A stretch of 32,000 bases of DNA. Origin: Hyperthermus butylicus DSM 5456 (GTDB taxonomy: Archaea; Thermoproteota; Thermoprotei_A; Sulfolobales; Pyrodictiaceae). The stretch covers positions 570,001 through 602,000 of the forward strand of contig NC_008818.1 in NCBI RefSeq assembly GCF_000015145.1, written 5' to 3'. The notes beneath the pieces are model-generated. The model was not told the origin of the DNA. It was given only the letters and a program-made list of their open reading frames with translations, and ran no database searches. Below are positions 18,109-27,185 of this stretch, piece after piece. Positions within the stretch are counted from its first letter, which is position 1. Every line of letters starts with the position of its first letter. The translations under genes were made by a program, and so were the position numbers.

Positions 18109-18882
18109 CTACTTTGAGATGCCAAGGTATAGCTTGCTGAGCTCGGGATGTGACAGTATCTCCTTGGACGGGCCCTCATAGGCTACTCGGCCCTGGACGA
18201 GTATATACCCCCTATCAGCTATCTCGAGCGCCCTCCTGGCATTCTGTTCCACGAGGAGAACGGTTACACCCCTATCAGCTATTTCCCTTATCTTCCTGAA
18301 TATCTCTTCAGCAATCTTGGGTGCCAGTGCAGCGGTAGGCTCGTCAAGTAGTAGAACCTGGGGCTTCATGAGGAGTGCCCTCGCTATTGCTAACATCTGT
18401 CTCTCGCCGCCACTCAGCGTGCCCGCTTTCTGTTTCCTCCTCTCGCGCAGCACTGGGAACATGTTGTAGATCTCCTCTAGCATATCTTCAAACAGCTTAT
18501 CAGGACTAGCACCATCCTTTTGCGGTGAAGGGCTACTCGCATACCTTTCCCTAAACACTATCCTGGACAACTTTAGGTTCTCCTCAACGGTGAGCCTTGC
18601 AAATATGTTGTCCACCTGTGGCACGTAGGCTAGCCCGAGGTAGGGCTTTCTACTGGGAGGAATCTTGGTGATGTCTCTCCCGCCGAGAATTATCCTGCCA
18701 CGATATACTGTTGTGAAGCCGAATATCGTCTTTAGGAGTGTACTCTTGCCGCTACCGTTTGGCCCAACAATGGCTACCAATTCTCCAGGCTTAGCCTTTA
18801 CCGATACGCCGTAGAGTATCTGTAGCTTCCCATAGCCTGCGTGTAGTTCCTCGACGACGAGGGGGAGACCATTCACGGCCAA
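18109..18882 (-). CDS. livF: Branched-chain amino-acid ABC transporter ATPase, LivF-like
   Basis: VAIVGPNGSGKSTLLKTIFG, LTVEENLKL, LSGGERQMLAIARALL, LLLDEPTAALAPKIAEEIF and LVEQNARRALEIADRGYILVQGRV. Confidence 0.93.
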   Translation of the reverse strand: MAVNGLPLVVEELHAGYGKLQILYGVSVKAKPGELVAIVGPNGSGKSTLLKTIFGFTTVYRGRIILGGRDITKIPPSRKPYLGLAYVPQVDNIFARLTVEENLKLSRIVFRERYASSPSPQKDGASPDKLFEDMLEEIYNMFPVLRERRKQKAGTLSGGERQMLAIARALLMKPQVLLLDEPTAALAPKIAEEIFRKIREIADRGVTVLLVEQNARRALEIADRGYILVQGRVAYEGPSKEILSHPELSKLYLGISK

Positions 18883-19671
18883 TCACCCTCCAAGGTAAAT
18901 GTCTAGCACGACCGGGTTCTCAGCAACCTCCTCCGGTTTGCCCTCGGCAACTATCTTGCCACGGTGCATTACGTACACGTAGTCGACGAAGTCGAAAAGT
19001 ATCTCCAGCCTGTGCTCGATTATTAGGAAGGTTAGCCCGTACTCGCTTCTCAGCCTCTCTATCCCCTCGAATATCCTCCTGGCCAGGGTGGGATTCACGC
19101 CGGCAGATGGCTCGTCTAGTAAGAGTAGTTTAGCACGCGCCATTAGGGCGCGTGCAAGCTCCGCTAGCTTCATCTGTCCTCCGCTGATGTTTAGGGGGAG
19201 CATGTGATCCACGCTGGACAGCTCGACGAAGTCTATCCAGTCTAGTGCTTCTCCTGCCAGCTTTCTCTCCTGCCCCTCCCAGAGCCTCTGGAAAAGCGCT
19301 CCTGCAATGTTCTCGCCTTTCCGGTTCTCGGCAGCGCCTAGCACGTTCTCGAACACTGTTAGGCTCGTCCATAGCCTTGGATTCTGAAATGTCCTTATAA
19401 GCCCCAACTTGTATATCTCATGTGGCTTCCTACCCGCTATGTCGACTCCGTCGAAGATTATGCGGCCCTTGTCGGGCTTGTACAATCCAGCCACAACATT
19501 GAATAATGTCGTCTTACCACTACCATTGGGGCCTATGAGGCCAATTATGCTGCGACGCGGCACTCTAAGGCTTACACCGTCTACTGCACGTATGCCGCCA
19601 AAGTACTTGTAGAGGTCCTCAACAACCAATATGTATTTGTCAAAGTCGTAGCCTCCCTTCATGTTTTTCAC
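18883..19671 (-). CDS. livG: Branched-chain amino-acid ABC transporter ATPase, LivG-like
   Basis: LIGPNGSGKTTLFNVVAGLYKPDKGRIIFDGVDI, GLIRTFQNPRLWTSLTVFENV, ISGGQMKLAELARALM and FLIIEHRLEILFDFVDYVYVMHRGKIVAEG. Overlaps livM by 4 bp. Confidence 0.93.
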   Translation of the reverse strand: MKNMKGGYDFDKYILVVEDLYKYFGGIRAVDGVSLRVPRRSIIGLIGPNGSGKTTLFNVVAGLYKPDKGRIIFDGVDIAGRKPHEIYKLGLIRTFQNPRLWTSLTVFENVLGAAENRKGENIAGALFQRLWEGQERKLAGEALDWIDFVELSSVDHMLPLNISGGQMKLAELARALMARAKLLLLDEPSAGVNPTLARRIFEGIERLRSEYGLTFLIIEHRLEILFDFVDYVYVMHRGKIVAEGKPEEVAENPVVLDIYLGG

Positions 19672-20792
19672 CTCCTCATCCTAAGCTTGTCTAGGATGTT
19701 CTGCATGAAGGGCGGTGTTTTGCCACGTACAGCCATGTAGACCTTCCATGCAGGTGTCCTGACGGGCTTCTCTGGCAGGAGCCCGTAGGGCCGGAAGAAT
19801 ATGGCGAGTATTATTGCGAGGCCATAGACGAGGTAGTAGATGTAGCTCCCCCAGTCTAGCCCGTGGAATGCAGCTAGGTTTGTACCCACGGTGTAGCTGA
19901 GCCTCTCGATAAAGGCCATAGCGGCGGCACCAAGTATGCTGCCCACATTGTTTCCTACGCCGCCTACAAGCACGAATGTGAGGACCAGGAATGTAAGCTC
20001 GGGGAGATAGTTGTCTGGGTTTACGCTGCTAAAGTAGACCAGGGAGTAGACGGCGCCAGCTATACCGGCAAGGAATGAGCCTATAACCATAGCCTCTAGC
20101 CTTGCCCTGGCTACGTTCCTGCCGAGAGCCTCAGCTGCAACCTCGTCGTCCCGAATCATCCTCAGCTTTCTGCCGAAGGGAGAGTTCATCTGCTTCTCGA
20201 CATAGTACAGGTAGAGGATGACAAGCCCCCATACGAAGAGGGCACGAAGTGTATCCACAAGCACTGCTGGCGGGTTGGGCCCAGCAATCCTGGCAGCTAT
20301 TGACTTGAAGTCGGGGCCGGGTAGCGGGAGAGACATTGTGCCACCCATTATCGGCTTGTAGACCCTAATTACAAGCCACACCAGCTGGGCAGCCATCAGC
20401 AGTGCGATTGCCAGATAGTCCTCTCTCAGCCTTACAGCGGGATACGAGAACGCTACGGCCATCACTACAGCGATAGCGCCGCCTATCAAGGCGGATATGG
20501 CAAACACAAGCCATGTATCTAGAGGGTGCTGCTGGTACGCGGGCAGTACCGCCCCGTTGTAGTACCCGAAGAAGTCCAGTGTTGCCGGCGATGCCGGATC
20601 CATACCTAGGAGGAGTGGGGGTCCAATCCTCGTAGCGGTAATCGCCGCTGCTATGCCTCCAGCAGCTATGAAGGCGGCCTTTCCAAAATTCGGTATGCCC
20701 GCCCATCCATACTCTATGTTCATGCTTATAGCTAGTAGGGAGTAGACCCCCGCCACTACAAGGTATTGTACAAGGAAGCTAACCACATCCAC
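19668..20792 (-). CDS. livM: Branched-chain amino-acid ABC transporter permease, LivM-like
   Basis: 374 aa with SMNIEYGWAGIPNFGKAAFIAAGG, YPAVRLREDYLAIALLMAAQL, RMIRDDEVAAEALGRNVARARLEAMVIGSFLAGIAGAVYS and GGVGNNVGSILGAA. Confidence 0.93.
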   Translation of the reverse strand: MDVVSFLVQYLVVAGVYSLLAISMNIEYGWAGIPNFGKAAFIAAGGIAAAITATRIGPPLLLGMDPASPATLDFFGYYNGAVLPAYQQHPLDTWLVFAISALIGGAIAVVMAVAFSYPAVRLREDYLAIALLMAAQLVWLVIRVYKPIMGGTMSLPLPGPDFKSIAARIAGPNPPAVLVDTLRALFVWGLVILYLYYVEKQMNSPFGRKLRMIRDDEVAAEALGRNVARARLEAMVIGSFLAGIAGAVYSLVYFSSVNPDNYLPELTFLVLTFVLVGGVGNNVGSILGAAAMAFIERLSYTVGTNLAAFHGLDWGSYIYYLVYGLAIILAIFFRPYGLLPEKPVRTPAWKVYMAVRGKTPPFMQNILDKLRMRR

Positions 20793-20798
20793 ACTACA

Positions 20799-21794
20799 TC
20801 ACCTCCGTCCTATCCTCCAAACTAGCCTGATAAGCCTATACCAGTCAATTCCCGCCAGGCCCTCCGGGAAGAAGAGGAGCACGAGGAGGGTCAACGCGAA
20901 GGGGACTGAGAGGGCTAGAGAGCTATCAAGCCCAAGGCTTGATGAGATCCAAGCAGCAGCCTCGTTGTAAGCAAGGCCGAGGAGTATGCTCGCAGCAAGC
21001 GTTCCATAGAAGCTGCCTAGGCCGCCGAGAACTGCTGCAGCGAATATTGAAAGTAGGTTCATCCAGCCAAGCTCTACTATAGGCCTCTCTCCCGGAGGCC
21101 CCGTCAGTATAAACATTAGTACTCCTCCAAGCGCCGCCAGCCCTCCACCTATAAACCAGGCTATGGCTTGCACCCTGAAGCTGTTTATTCCAGCGGCCTC
21201 GGCGAGTGTGGGATTATCAGCTACTGCTCGTAGAGAGATACCGAGCATTGTCTTTGAGGTAAACAGCGCTATTAGTACAAGCGCTGCAACAGCTAACACA
21301 ATACTCAGCAGCTCGGCAAGATCTATCCTAAACCCAGCCACGACGTACTCAGCAGCTCCGGGGGATGGCAGGCTAAGCCACTGGAACAAGCCTGCGACAA
21401 TGTAGAGCAGGAAACGTATAACCATCATAACACCTATGCTAGCCACCATAAGCTGGAGAGGTGTTGCCCCCCTCCTTGAAAGCGGCCAGAAGACGGCAAC
21501 GAACGTGGCAAGAGATACCAGCCCACCGGCCGCGAAGACAAGGGCTAGCATCCAGAGATTGTCCGGGCTGAGAGATGCACAGTAGACTATGTCGTAGCCT
21601 TTGCAGTTTGCAAAGCTGTGCAGAGCTGCTACAAGCAAGAGATACGTTATCACTCCAATACTTGCGAACTCCCCGTGGGCGAAGTTGGCGATTCTACTGA
21701 CGGAATAGTAGATTGCAAGACCGCCAGCCATTAGTGCTAATGCAGAGCCCCACGCCAGAGAGTACACTATGAAGCTTAGCTCCATAGCCATCAC
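20799..21794 (-). CDS. livH: Branched-chain amino-acid ABC transporter permease, LivH-like
   Basis: 331 aa with GLAIYYSVSRIANFAHGEFASIGVITYLL, LGISLRAVADNPTLAEAAGINSFRVQAIAWFIGGGLAALGG and AAVLGGLGSFYGTLAASILLGLAYNE. Confidence 0.93.
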   Translation of the reverse strand: MMAMELSFIVYSLAWGSALALMAGGLAIYYSVSRIANFAHGEFASIGVITYLLLVAALHSFANCKGYDIVYCASLSPDNLWMLALVFAAGGLVSLATFVAVFWPLSRRGATPLQLMVASIGVMMVIRFLLYIVAGLFQWLSLPSPGAAEYVVAGFRIDLAELLSIVLAVAALVLIALFTSKTMLGISLRAVADNPTLAEAAGINSFRVQAIAWFIGGGLAALGGVLMFILTGPPGERPIVELGWMNLLSIFAAAVLGGLGSFYGTLAASILLGLAYNEAAAWISSSLGLDSSLALSVPFALTLLVLLFFPEGLAGIDWYRLIRLVWRIGRR

Positions 21795-21950
21795 CTCTCA
21801 ACGCTTGAAGCCTTGCTGCCATGAATGTTGCAGCCAACCCGCTCGTTACGGAACCACGCTTTCTGCAACAGTTATATATTTAACGGCTCCACTAATTGTA
21901 ACATCGATAATCATTTAGTACAATTCACGATAACAAATGAGAGACATGCG

Positions 21951-21965
21951 AATGATTTTATCATT
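21951..21965. promoter_or_regulatory. Palindromic candidate operator between livH and the Liv-type SBP gene
   Basis: AATGAT-TTT-ATCATT is a perfect 6-3-6 inverted repeat. Further ATCATTTA copies lie at 21910-21917 and 21973-21980. Confidence 0.45.
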
Positions 21966-21991
21966 ATTTTATATCATTTACATGTAGAAAT

Positions 21992-22001
21992 ACTTTTAAT
22001 A
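21992..22001 (+). promoter_or_regulatory. Candidate archaeal TATA box for the Liv-type SBP gene
   Basis: ACTTTTAATA at 21992-22001, about 40 bp upstream of the ATG at 22039. Confidence 0.5.
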
Positions 22002-22038
22002 TGGGGTGATTGGAATCCCCGGACGAGAGAGTGGGATC

Positions 22039-23364
22039 ATGAAAGGATTTAGAGCAATCTCAATATATGTTGTTGTGGGCCTGCTAATACTGGGCCTGCT
22101 AGTAGGCCTAGCAGTAGGCTACTTTATTGGTGGCGGCGGCGGTGAGAGTAAGTCAGCTACTAGTACACCAGCCTTCAACGAAAGCTCAAGCGTAAACTTT
22201 ACTGCTGCAGGAGGCGGCCTTCAGGGCGAGATACCTATCGGCATATTGCTCCCGCAGACGGGAAGCTTGGCGCAGGATGGAAGGGACAATATTAAGGCTG
22301 CCAAGCTGGCAATAGAAGACTTTAACAAGCTACTAGAGTCGATAGGTGCTCCATTCCGCTTTAAGGCTATAGTTGCTGATAGTGGTACTGACCCCAATAA
22401 GGCGCTTGCAGCACTACAGACACTCTACAACCAGCACCACGTACAGATTGTCGTGGGTACTGATAGCAGCTGGGTGCTAAGCGGCGTAATGAGCTTTGCC
22501 AACGAGCACCACATAGTCATGATAAGCCCAGCCAGTACGAGCCCTGCGCTAGCACTGAAGGACTACATATTCAGGATCGTTGGCAACGATAAGGGTCAGG
22601 GTAAGGCGCTAGCAGCACTAGTTCACAATAATGGGTTCAACGCTGCTGTCGTGATATTCAGAGACGAAGCTTATGGCCGTGGCATAGCTGAGGCATTCAA
22701 GGAGAACTTTGAAGCCTTGGGTGGTACAGCGGTCCTAGTACCGTATAACCCACAGAAGAGCGACTATGCTCCAGAGGTTCAGAAGCTAGCATCGGAGGTT
22801 GAGAAGCTCCTCAACGAGGGTAAAAATGTTGCAGTTATCATCGTCGCGTTCGAAACAGACGGGATAAACATACTGAGCCATGCAGCCGATATACCGGTGC
22901 TAAGCCAGGTAAAGTGGTTTGCCAGCGAGTCTATCAGGTCGCCAGCGCTGCTCAAGGCCCCTGACAAGGTTAGACAGTTTCTAGCCAAGGTGGAGCTTGA
23001 GGGTACATTCCCAATACCGCCCAAGAGCCCGCTAGGTGAATGGTTTGAAAAGCACTTCGAGGAGGTATACGGCCATCCGCCAGAGTCTCCGTTCTCGCCA
23101 TACGCTTATGATGCCGCCTACCTGGCATGCCTGGCTGTAACCATTGCAGGTAAGTACGACGGTACGGTCATAGCTAAGGTGTTGCCGGAGGTGGCTAAGA
23201 ACTACTATGGTGTTACGGGCTGGAAGTTGCTAGACGAGAATGGTGACCTCAAGTACCAGGAGTACAGCATCTGGAAGTACGTCTGCGAAGGGGGATCCTG
23301 CGAGTTCATCGATATCGCCATATACGATCCACAAAGTGGCAAGATACAGCAGATAGCAGGCTAG
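22039..23364 (+). CDS. Branched-chain amino-acid-type solute-binding protein (Peripla_BP_6/LivK-like), N-terminally membrane anchored
   Basis: TM anchor YVVVGLLILGLLVGLAVGYFI, then IPIGILLPQTGSLAQDGRDNIKAAKLAIEDFNKLLE, VVGTDSSWVLSGVMSFANEHHIVMISPASTSP and RIVGNDKGQGKALAALVHNNGFNAAVVIFRDEAYGRG. The internal ATG at 22039 is preferred over the track start at 22006. Confidence 0.92.
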   Translation: MKGFRAISIYVVVGLLILGLLVGLAVGYFIGGGGGESKSATSTPAFNESSSVNFTAAGGGLQGEIPIGILLPQTGSLAQDGRDNIKAAKLAIEDFNKLLESIGAPFRFKAIVADSGTDPNKALAALQTLYNQHHVQIVVGTDSSWVLSGVMSFANEHHIVMISPASTSPALALKDYIFRIVGNDKGQGKALAALVHNNGFNAAVVIFRDEAYGRGIAEAFKENFEALGGTAVLVPYNPQKSDYAPEVQKLASEVEKLLNEGKNVAVIIVAFETDGINILSHAADIPVLSQVKWFASESIRSPALLKAPDKVRQFLAKVELEGTFPIPPKSPLGEWFEKHFEEVYGHPPESPFSPYAYDAAYLACLAVTIAGKYDGTVIAKVLPEVAKNYYGVTGWKLLDENGDLKYQEYSIWKYVCEGGSCEFIDIAIYDPQSGKIQQIAG

Positions 23365-23848
23365 ACCTAATCTAAACGCCTAGTACACATCATAGCCCAA
23401 AGCCTCTTTTTTACAAGCTTCATGGACACGGCATGGGCTTATTAGGATTGTTAGGGGATGGCAGCATAGTGTGGTCTTCACGACTTTGGCGTGATGGTTT
23501 GTCTAGGGCTCTCCTATCCGGACTGCCAGCACCAGCGTGCATGTATATCCTTGAAACGGTGTAGGGTGCCTCATTCGGAACAGCGCCAGCCGGTAATTCC
23601 ATGCTGTTCGATCTAGCAGCGTCGAATAGCTCGGCTATCGCGTCGTGGTAAACAGCGTTTTAACACGTATTCTACGAGAATACGGTACTGATAATATGGT
23701 GGTTCAATAGAATTGCATCAGTGTTTAGCTGTGAGGCTAGGAGCCAGGCTTGTTTAATCCCAGCTTCATGAGGGGATTCTAGCCCGCGTCGTATGTAGGG
23801 CAACATCTATAACGGGTTAGACGTGTCTTGCTAGTCTTAGTGGGTGTT

Positions 23849-24262
23849 TCTATGTCGAAATTATTGTCTGTCAGTAGGGAGGCCGGGTTCGAGGAGCGTG
23901 TGCGTAGATTCTTGGAGCTGGCTATAAGGCGGTATAACAGGTACCGTGGCGTTGAGTCTACTGCTAAGCTGCTAGAGGTAAAGGGTGATGTAGCCTACGT
24001 CGTGTTTGAGGGTAGCTTCTGCGAGACCTGCGGTATCAACGACTGGGTAGATGATCTCAAGTACGTGATCGAGGATCTTGGTGGAGAGGCTGAGCTCATA
24101 GCAGTTGTTGAGCCTCCGTCGAGGGATGAGTTCTTCGACTACCGTATAGGCGTGTTTAAGATTAGGAAGGTTCCTGAGAACCTGGATGAGCTTGAGAGGG
24201 AGGAGGAAGAGCTCGAGAAGTACTTCTCCCATCAGAACGAGGAGGCGGCACAGAGGGTCTAG
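23849..24262 (+). CDS. Conserved archaeal protein of unknown function with a CxxC motif
   Basis: MSKLLSVSREAGFEERVRRFLELAIRRYNRYRG...FEGSFCETCGINDWVDDLKYVIEDLGG... Soluble, charged, coding-like composition. The start was chosen inside track ORF 23828..24262. Confidence 0.65.
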   Translation, partial: SMSKLLSVSREAGFEERVRRFLELAIRRYNRYRGVESTAKLLEVKGDVAYVVFEGSFCETCGINDWVDDLKYVIEDLGGEAELIAVVEPPSRDEFFDYRIGVFKIRKVPENLDELEREEEELEKYFSHQNEEAAQRV

Positions 24263-24377
24263 AACCTCCCTCTGGATAGCATTCCTTCGCGGCTATTGCT
24301 GAACGCTAAGGCTTGCAGGGCTTGGTTCGCTATAGCGAAGAGAGCGTCGGTGACATACCCTGAGGCTGTGTTTTTAT

Positions 24378-24947
24378 TCAGGCTCCGAGTATGTAGGCTG
24401 GCGAGACCCTTACACCCCTGGCGGCCAGTTTTACTGTACACCGCCTACAGTACATTGGTTTCTTCTTATCAACCCCCCATATGCTATTGCTGAAGTTCAT
24501 GACGCAGCCCGGGGTAGCACAGTGCTCCAGGCCAAGGGCGTGGCCAAGCTCGTGTAGCGCTTCCTTCAGAAGCCTCCTACGATAGAGAGCTTCGTTTGGC
24601 GGCTCACCGTAGAACTCTGGGTGCAGCCTCGCAGTGTAGACCACGGCGACACCCCGGCCCAGGAGTGCCTGGCCAAATACAAAGTTGAGGCCTGGCGTAT
24701 AGGCGTCAAAGCCTGCCACAACCAGTAGGGCATCGCCCCTAAGCTTCTCGTGGAGAATAGCTGCAAGCTCCAGTATAGCGTCGCTGAGGTACTGGCGGCG
24801 CACCGGGTCATAGGCTGACGGAGGCGGCTCCAGCTCCTGCTCCACGATGTTTACGTGTGCGTTACTGTAGGCCTCCCTGAGCCTAGCAGAGAGAAACACC
24901 AGATCATCCCGCTCAACGTGTGTACCCGCAATGTGTATGACTACCAT
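24378..24947 (-). CDS. amzA: Archaemetzincin (M54 zinc metalloprotease family)
   Basis: HELGHALGLEHCATPGCVMNFSNSIWGVDKKKPMYCRRC matches the archaemetzincin pattern HExxHxxGxxHCx4CxM...CxxC. Confidence 0.92.
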   Translation of the reverse strand: MVVIHIAGTHVERDDLVFLSARLREAYSNAHVNIVEQELEPPPSAYDPVRRQYLSDAILELAAILHEKLRGDALLVVAGFDAYTPGLNFVFGQALLGRGVAVVYTARLHPEFYGEPPNEALYRRRLLKEALHELGHALGLEHCATPGCVMNFSNSIWGVDKKKPMYCRRCTVKLAARGVRVSPAYILGA

Positions 24948-25113
24948 GATGTTGTGCCTCCATACTATGCTAGAGCTAGAGCGGCAGCTAGTAGTAGTGT
25001 GAAGAGAGTCAAGCGTATGAGTTCTACCATGCCTAGAAGCCTTATCCTAGACATTTGTATCTTCCTGGCCCGCAGGGCGTTCCACACCAGCTTTATGGTG
25101 GGCTCCACGCATG

Positions 25114-25782
25114 TCAGCAGTGCAGTGCAGGCTTGACAGCTGCAGCAAGGGGTAGCGCAGGGAGCCATAGCGCTAATGGTAAGAGAGGACTCGTACTGCG
25201 CATGGGAAGCCTCGACTCTACATACGCTGCTGTGCTAGCAGTGTACAGCGCCATGAGGCCTGCAGCTGTGATGGTTAGAGTTGTGGGCTCGCCAGCGAGG
25301 ACAGAGGCTAGTACAGCGGTATAGGAGAGAAGGGCAGCGTCAGCTATGTAGCCCATAGCGGTGCCTAGGAGACCCCTCACAGCCGCAGCGGTGTAGCCAG
25401 CGAAGAGAGGCGAGTAGGCTAGGAGCGCGGCAGCAACAGCACTACGCCCAAGAATGAATGCAGCTGCGTACGGCAAAACATTGACACTGGCAACGGCTGC
25501 TACAAGACGTGCACAGCGCCTCTTCGCAGCATCAAAGGCGGCGTCGAAGGTCAACACGTGCAGAGATACGGCTGCCGCAGCGAACAACAAGCCCCACAAG
25601 GTGACAGACTCCATCGACACGACACCGACAGCGGCGCTAAACACTATGATGCCAGCAGCACTAGGCTCCCGGGGCAGCCTAACAAGGCCGCGGAGCCCTA
25701 CGCTGCAGCCTCGCCCCATTAAGGGACTCCCATCGAGCGGCAAAACAGTAAACCATGATATGGCTGGCGTGGGAGCCTCCAC
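25114..25782 (-). CDS. Alanine-rich membrane protein of unknown function
   Basis: 222 aa with about six hydrophobic stretches, e.g. VVSMESVTLWGLLFAAAAVSLHVLTF and VNVLPYAAAFILGRSAVAAALLAY. The downstream end (TM helix plus C-terminus) and the start are uncertain. Confidence 0.5.
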   Translation of the reverse strand: MEAPTPAISWFTVLPLDGSPLMGRGCSVGLRGLVRLPREPSAAGIIVFSAAVGVVSMESVTLWGLLFAAAAVSLHVLTFDAAFDAAKRRCARLVAAVASVNVLPYAAAFILGRSAVAAALLAYSPLFAGYTAAAVRGLLGTAMGYIADAALLSYTAVLASVLAGEPTTLTITAAGLMALYTASTAAYVESRLPMRSTSPLLPLALWLPALPLAAAVKPALHC

Positions 25783-25987
25783 CAGCCAGTATGCAGCCCC
25801 TCGCGGCTCAGTGCTAGAGGGAGGAATCCAGCTTGAAGGAACGTCCTGGAGAACGACTTGCAGCCCTTAAGAAGGGGGTAGGGTGTTATAGCTCCTTGGG
25901 CGGTGAGGATCGCCTGCGACGAAAGAAGGCCGCCACAGTGTTGGCGGCGATGCTGATGGAAGAGCCGTGCCGAGCCCTCCTCCCCTT

Positions 25988-27100
25988 CTAGAGTACATCC
26001 TTTATGAAGCGGCCGTTCTCATATATCAGGTCGCCGTCAGCGTAGACCTTGTGGCTCCAGAGGCTCCTTATCATGTCCCAGTGGATGCTCGACTGGTTCC
26101 TCCCGCCAGTCTCGGGGTAGGATGCTCCTAGTGCTATGTGCATGGTGCCGCCTATCTTCTCGTCGAATAGTATCTCCTTGGTGAACCTGTCAATGTTGTA
26201 GTTTAGCCCGAAGGCTAGCTCTCCCAGCCTCCTGGCTCCCTCGTCTGTCTGGAGCATCTTACGGAGAAAGTCCTCGCCTCTCCTCGCAGTGGCCTCTACG
26301 ACTTCGCCGCGGCGGAAGACGAGCCGTACACCCTCCACCTCGACGCCCCGCCATATGGCGGGGTAGTCGAACTCTATGTAGCCCTCAGCTGTGTCCTCCA
26401 CCGGGCCGGTAAAGACTTCGCCGCCTGGCATGTTGTAGCGGCCGTCATCGTTTATCCACTTCCTCCCCGCGACGCTCACCTTGAAGTCTATACCGGGCCC
26501 CTTGATGTGTAGCTCTGACACCCTGTTCAACATGTCCACTATCTTCTGCTGCTCCCTAGCCTTCTCTCTCCACGCAGCTATGGGGTCGTCGCGGTCAACC
26601 ATGGTTGCACGATATACGAACTCTTCAAACTCGAGAATAGACATGCCAGCCTCCTGGGCCATAGCCCGTGTTGGGTAGGGCGCCAGGGTCCAGCGCAGCT
26701 CGCCTCTCGCGCTCCTCTCCATGTATATCCTTGTCAGCTCGAACCGGGCCCGGCTACGCCTAGCCATCCTCTCCGGATCAACGCCATTCAAGTGCTTGGT
26801 ATGGCTCGGCGCCAGTATGGATATGGAGACGTCAATCTTTTCGGCTAGGAGCTTCTCCACGGGGCTAATATGGTCTAGGACATTGTCCTTGGCGTACCGG
26901 TAGAATATTTCATCGAGAACCTCGTCTCGGAGGCTTACGAGGAGCGGGTACCCGCCCCGGCTAACGACCTCCCGGTAAAGCTCCCGCACTAGAGGCAACG
27001 CCTCAAGTCCAGCAGATATAACGACTTCGTCGCCTGGGCGAATGGAGACACAGTATTCTGCAATCAGCTTGGCAAGCTTTGAGATACGAGGGTCGGGCAT
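25988..27100 (-). CDS. M29 family (thermophilic) metallo-aminopeptidase
   Basis: 370 aa with SIRPGDEVVISAGLEALPLVRELYREVVSRGGYP, NMPGGEVFTGPVEDTAEGYIEFDYPAIWRG, GELAFGLNYNIDRFTKEILFDEKIGGTMHIALGASYPETGG and SSIHWDMI. Confidence 0.93.
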   Translation of the reverse strand: MPDPRISKLAKLIAEYCVSIRPGDEVVISAGLEALPLVRELYREVVSRGGYPLLVSLRDEVLDEIFYRYAKDNVLDHISPVEKLLAEKIDVSISILAPSHTKHLNGVDPERMARRSRARFELTRIYMERSARGELRWTLAPYPTRAMAQEAGMSILEFEEFVYRATMVDRDDPIAAWREKAREQQKIVDMLNRVSELHIKGPGIDFKVSVAGRKWINDDGRYNMPGGEVFTGPVEDTAEGYIEFDYPAIWRGVEVEGVRLVFRRGEVVEATARRGEDFLRKMLQTDEGARRLGELAFGLNYNIDRFTKEILFDEKIGGTMHIALGASYPETGGRNQSSIHWDMIRSLWSHKVYADGDLIYENGRFIKDVL

Positions 27101-27185
27101 AGCCTAGCCGCCATATGACACGGGAGTCCCGGCCGTAAAAGAGGCCAGCGGCCACGCTTCCCTTAACACCAGCCTCACGGGAAGC

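Noticed and set aside
23420-23602. 60-aa minus-strand ORF MELPAGAVPNEAPYTVSRIYMHAG...
   Set aside because: An upstream in-frame reading (HDAIAELFDAARSNSMELPAGAV) looks mildly protein-like, but no motif or family could be recognised and the latter half is low quality. Not enough for a call.
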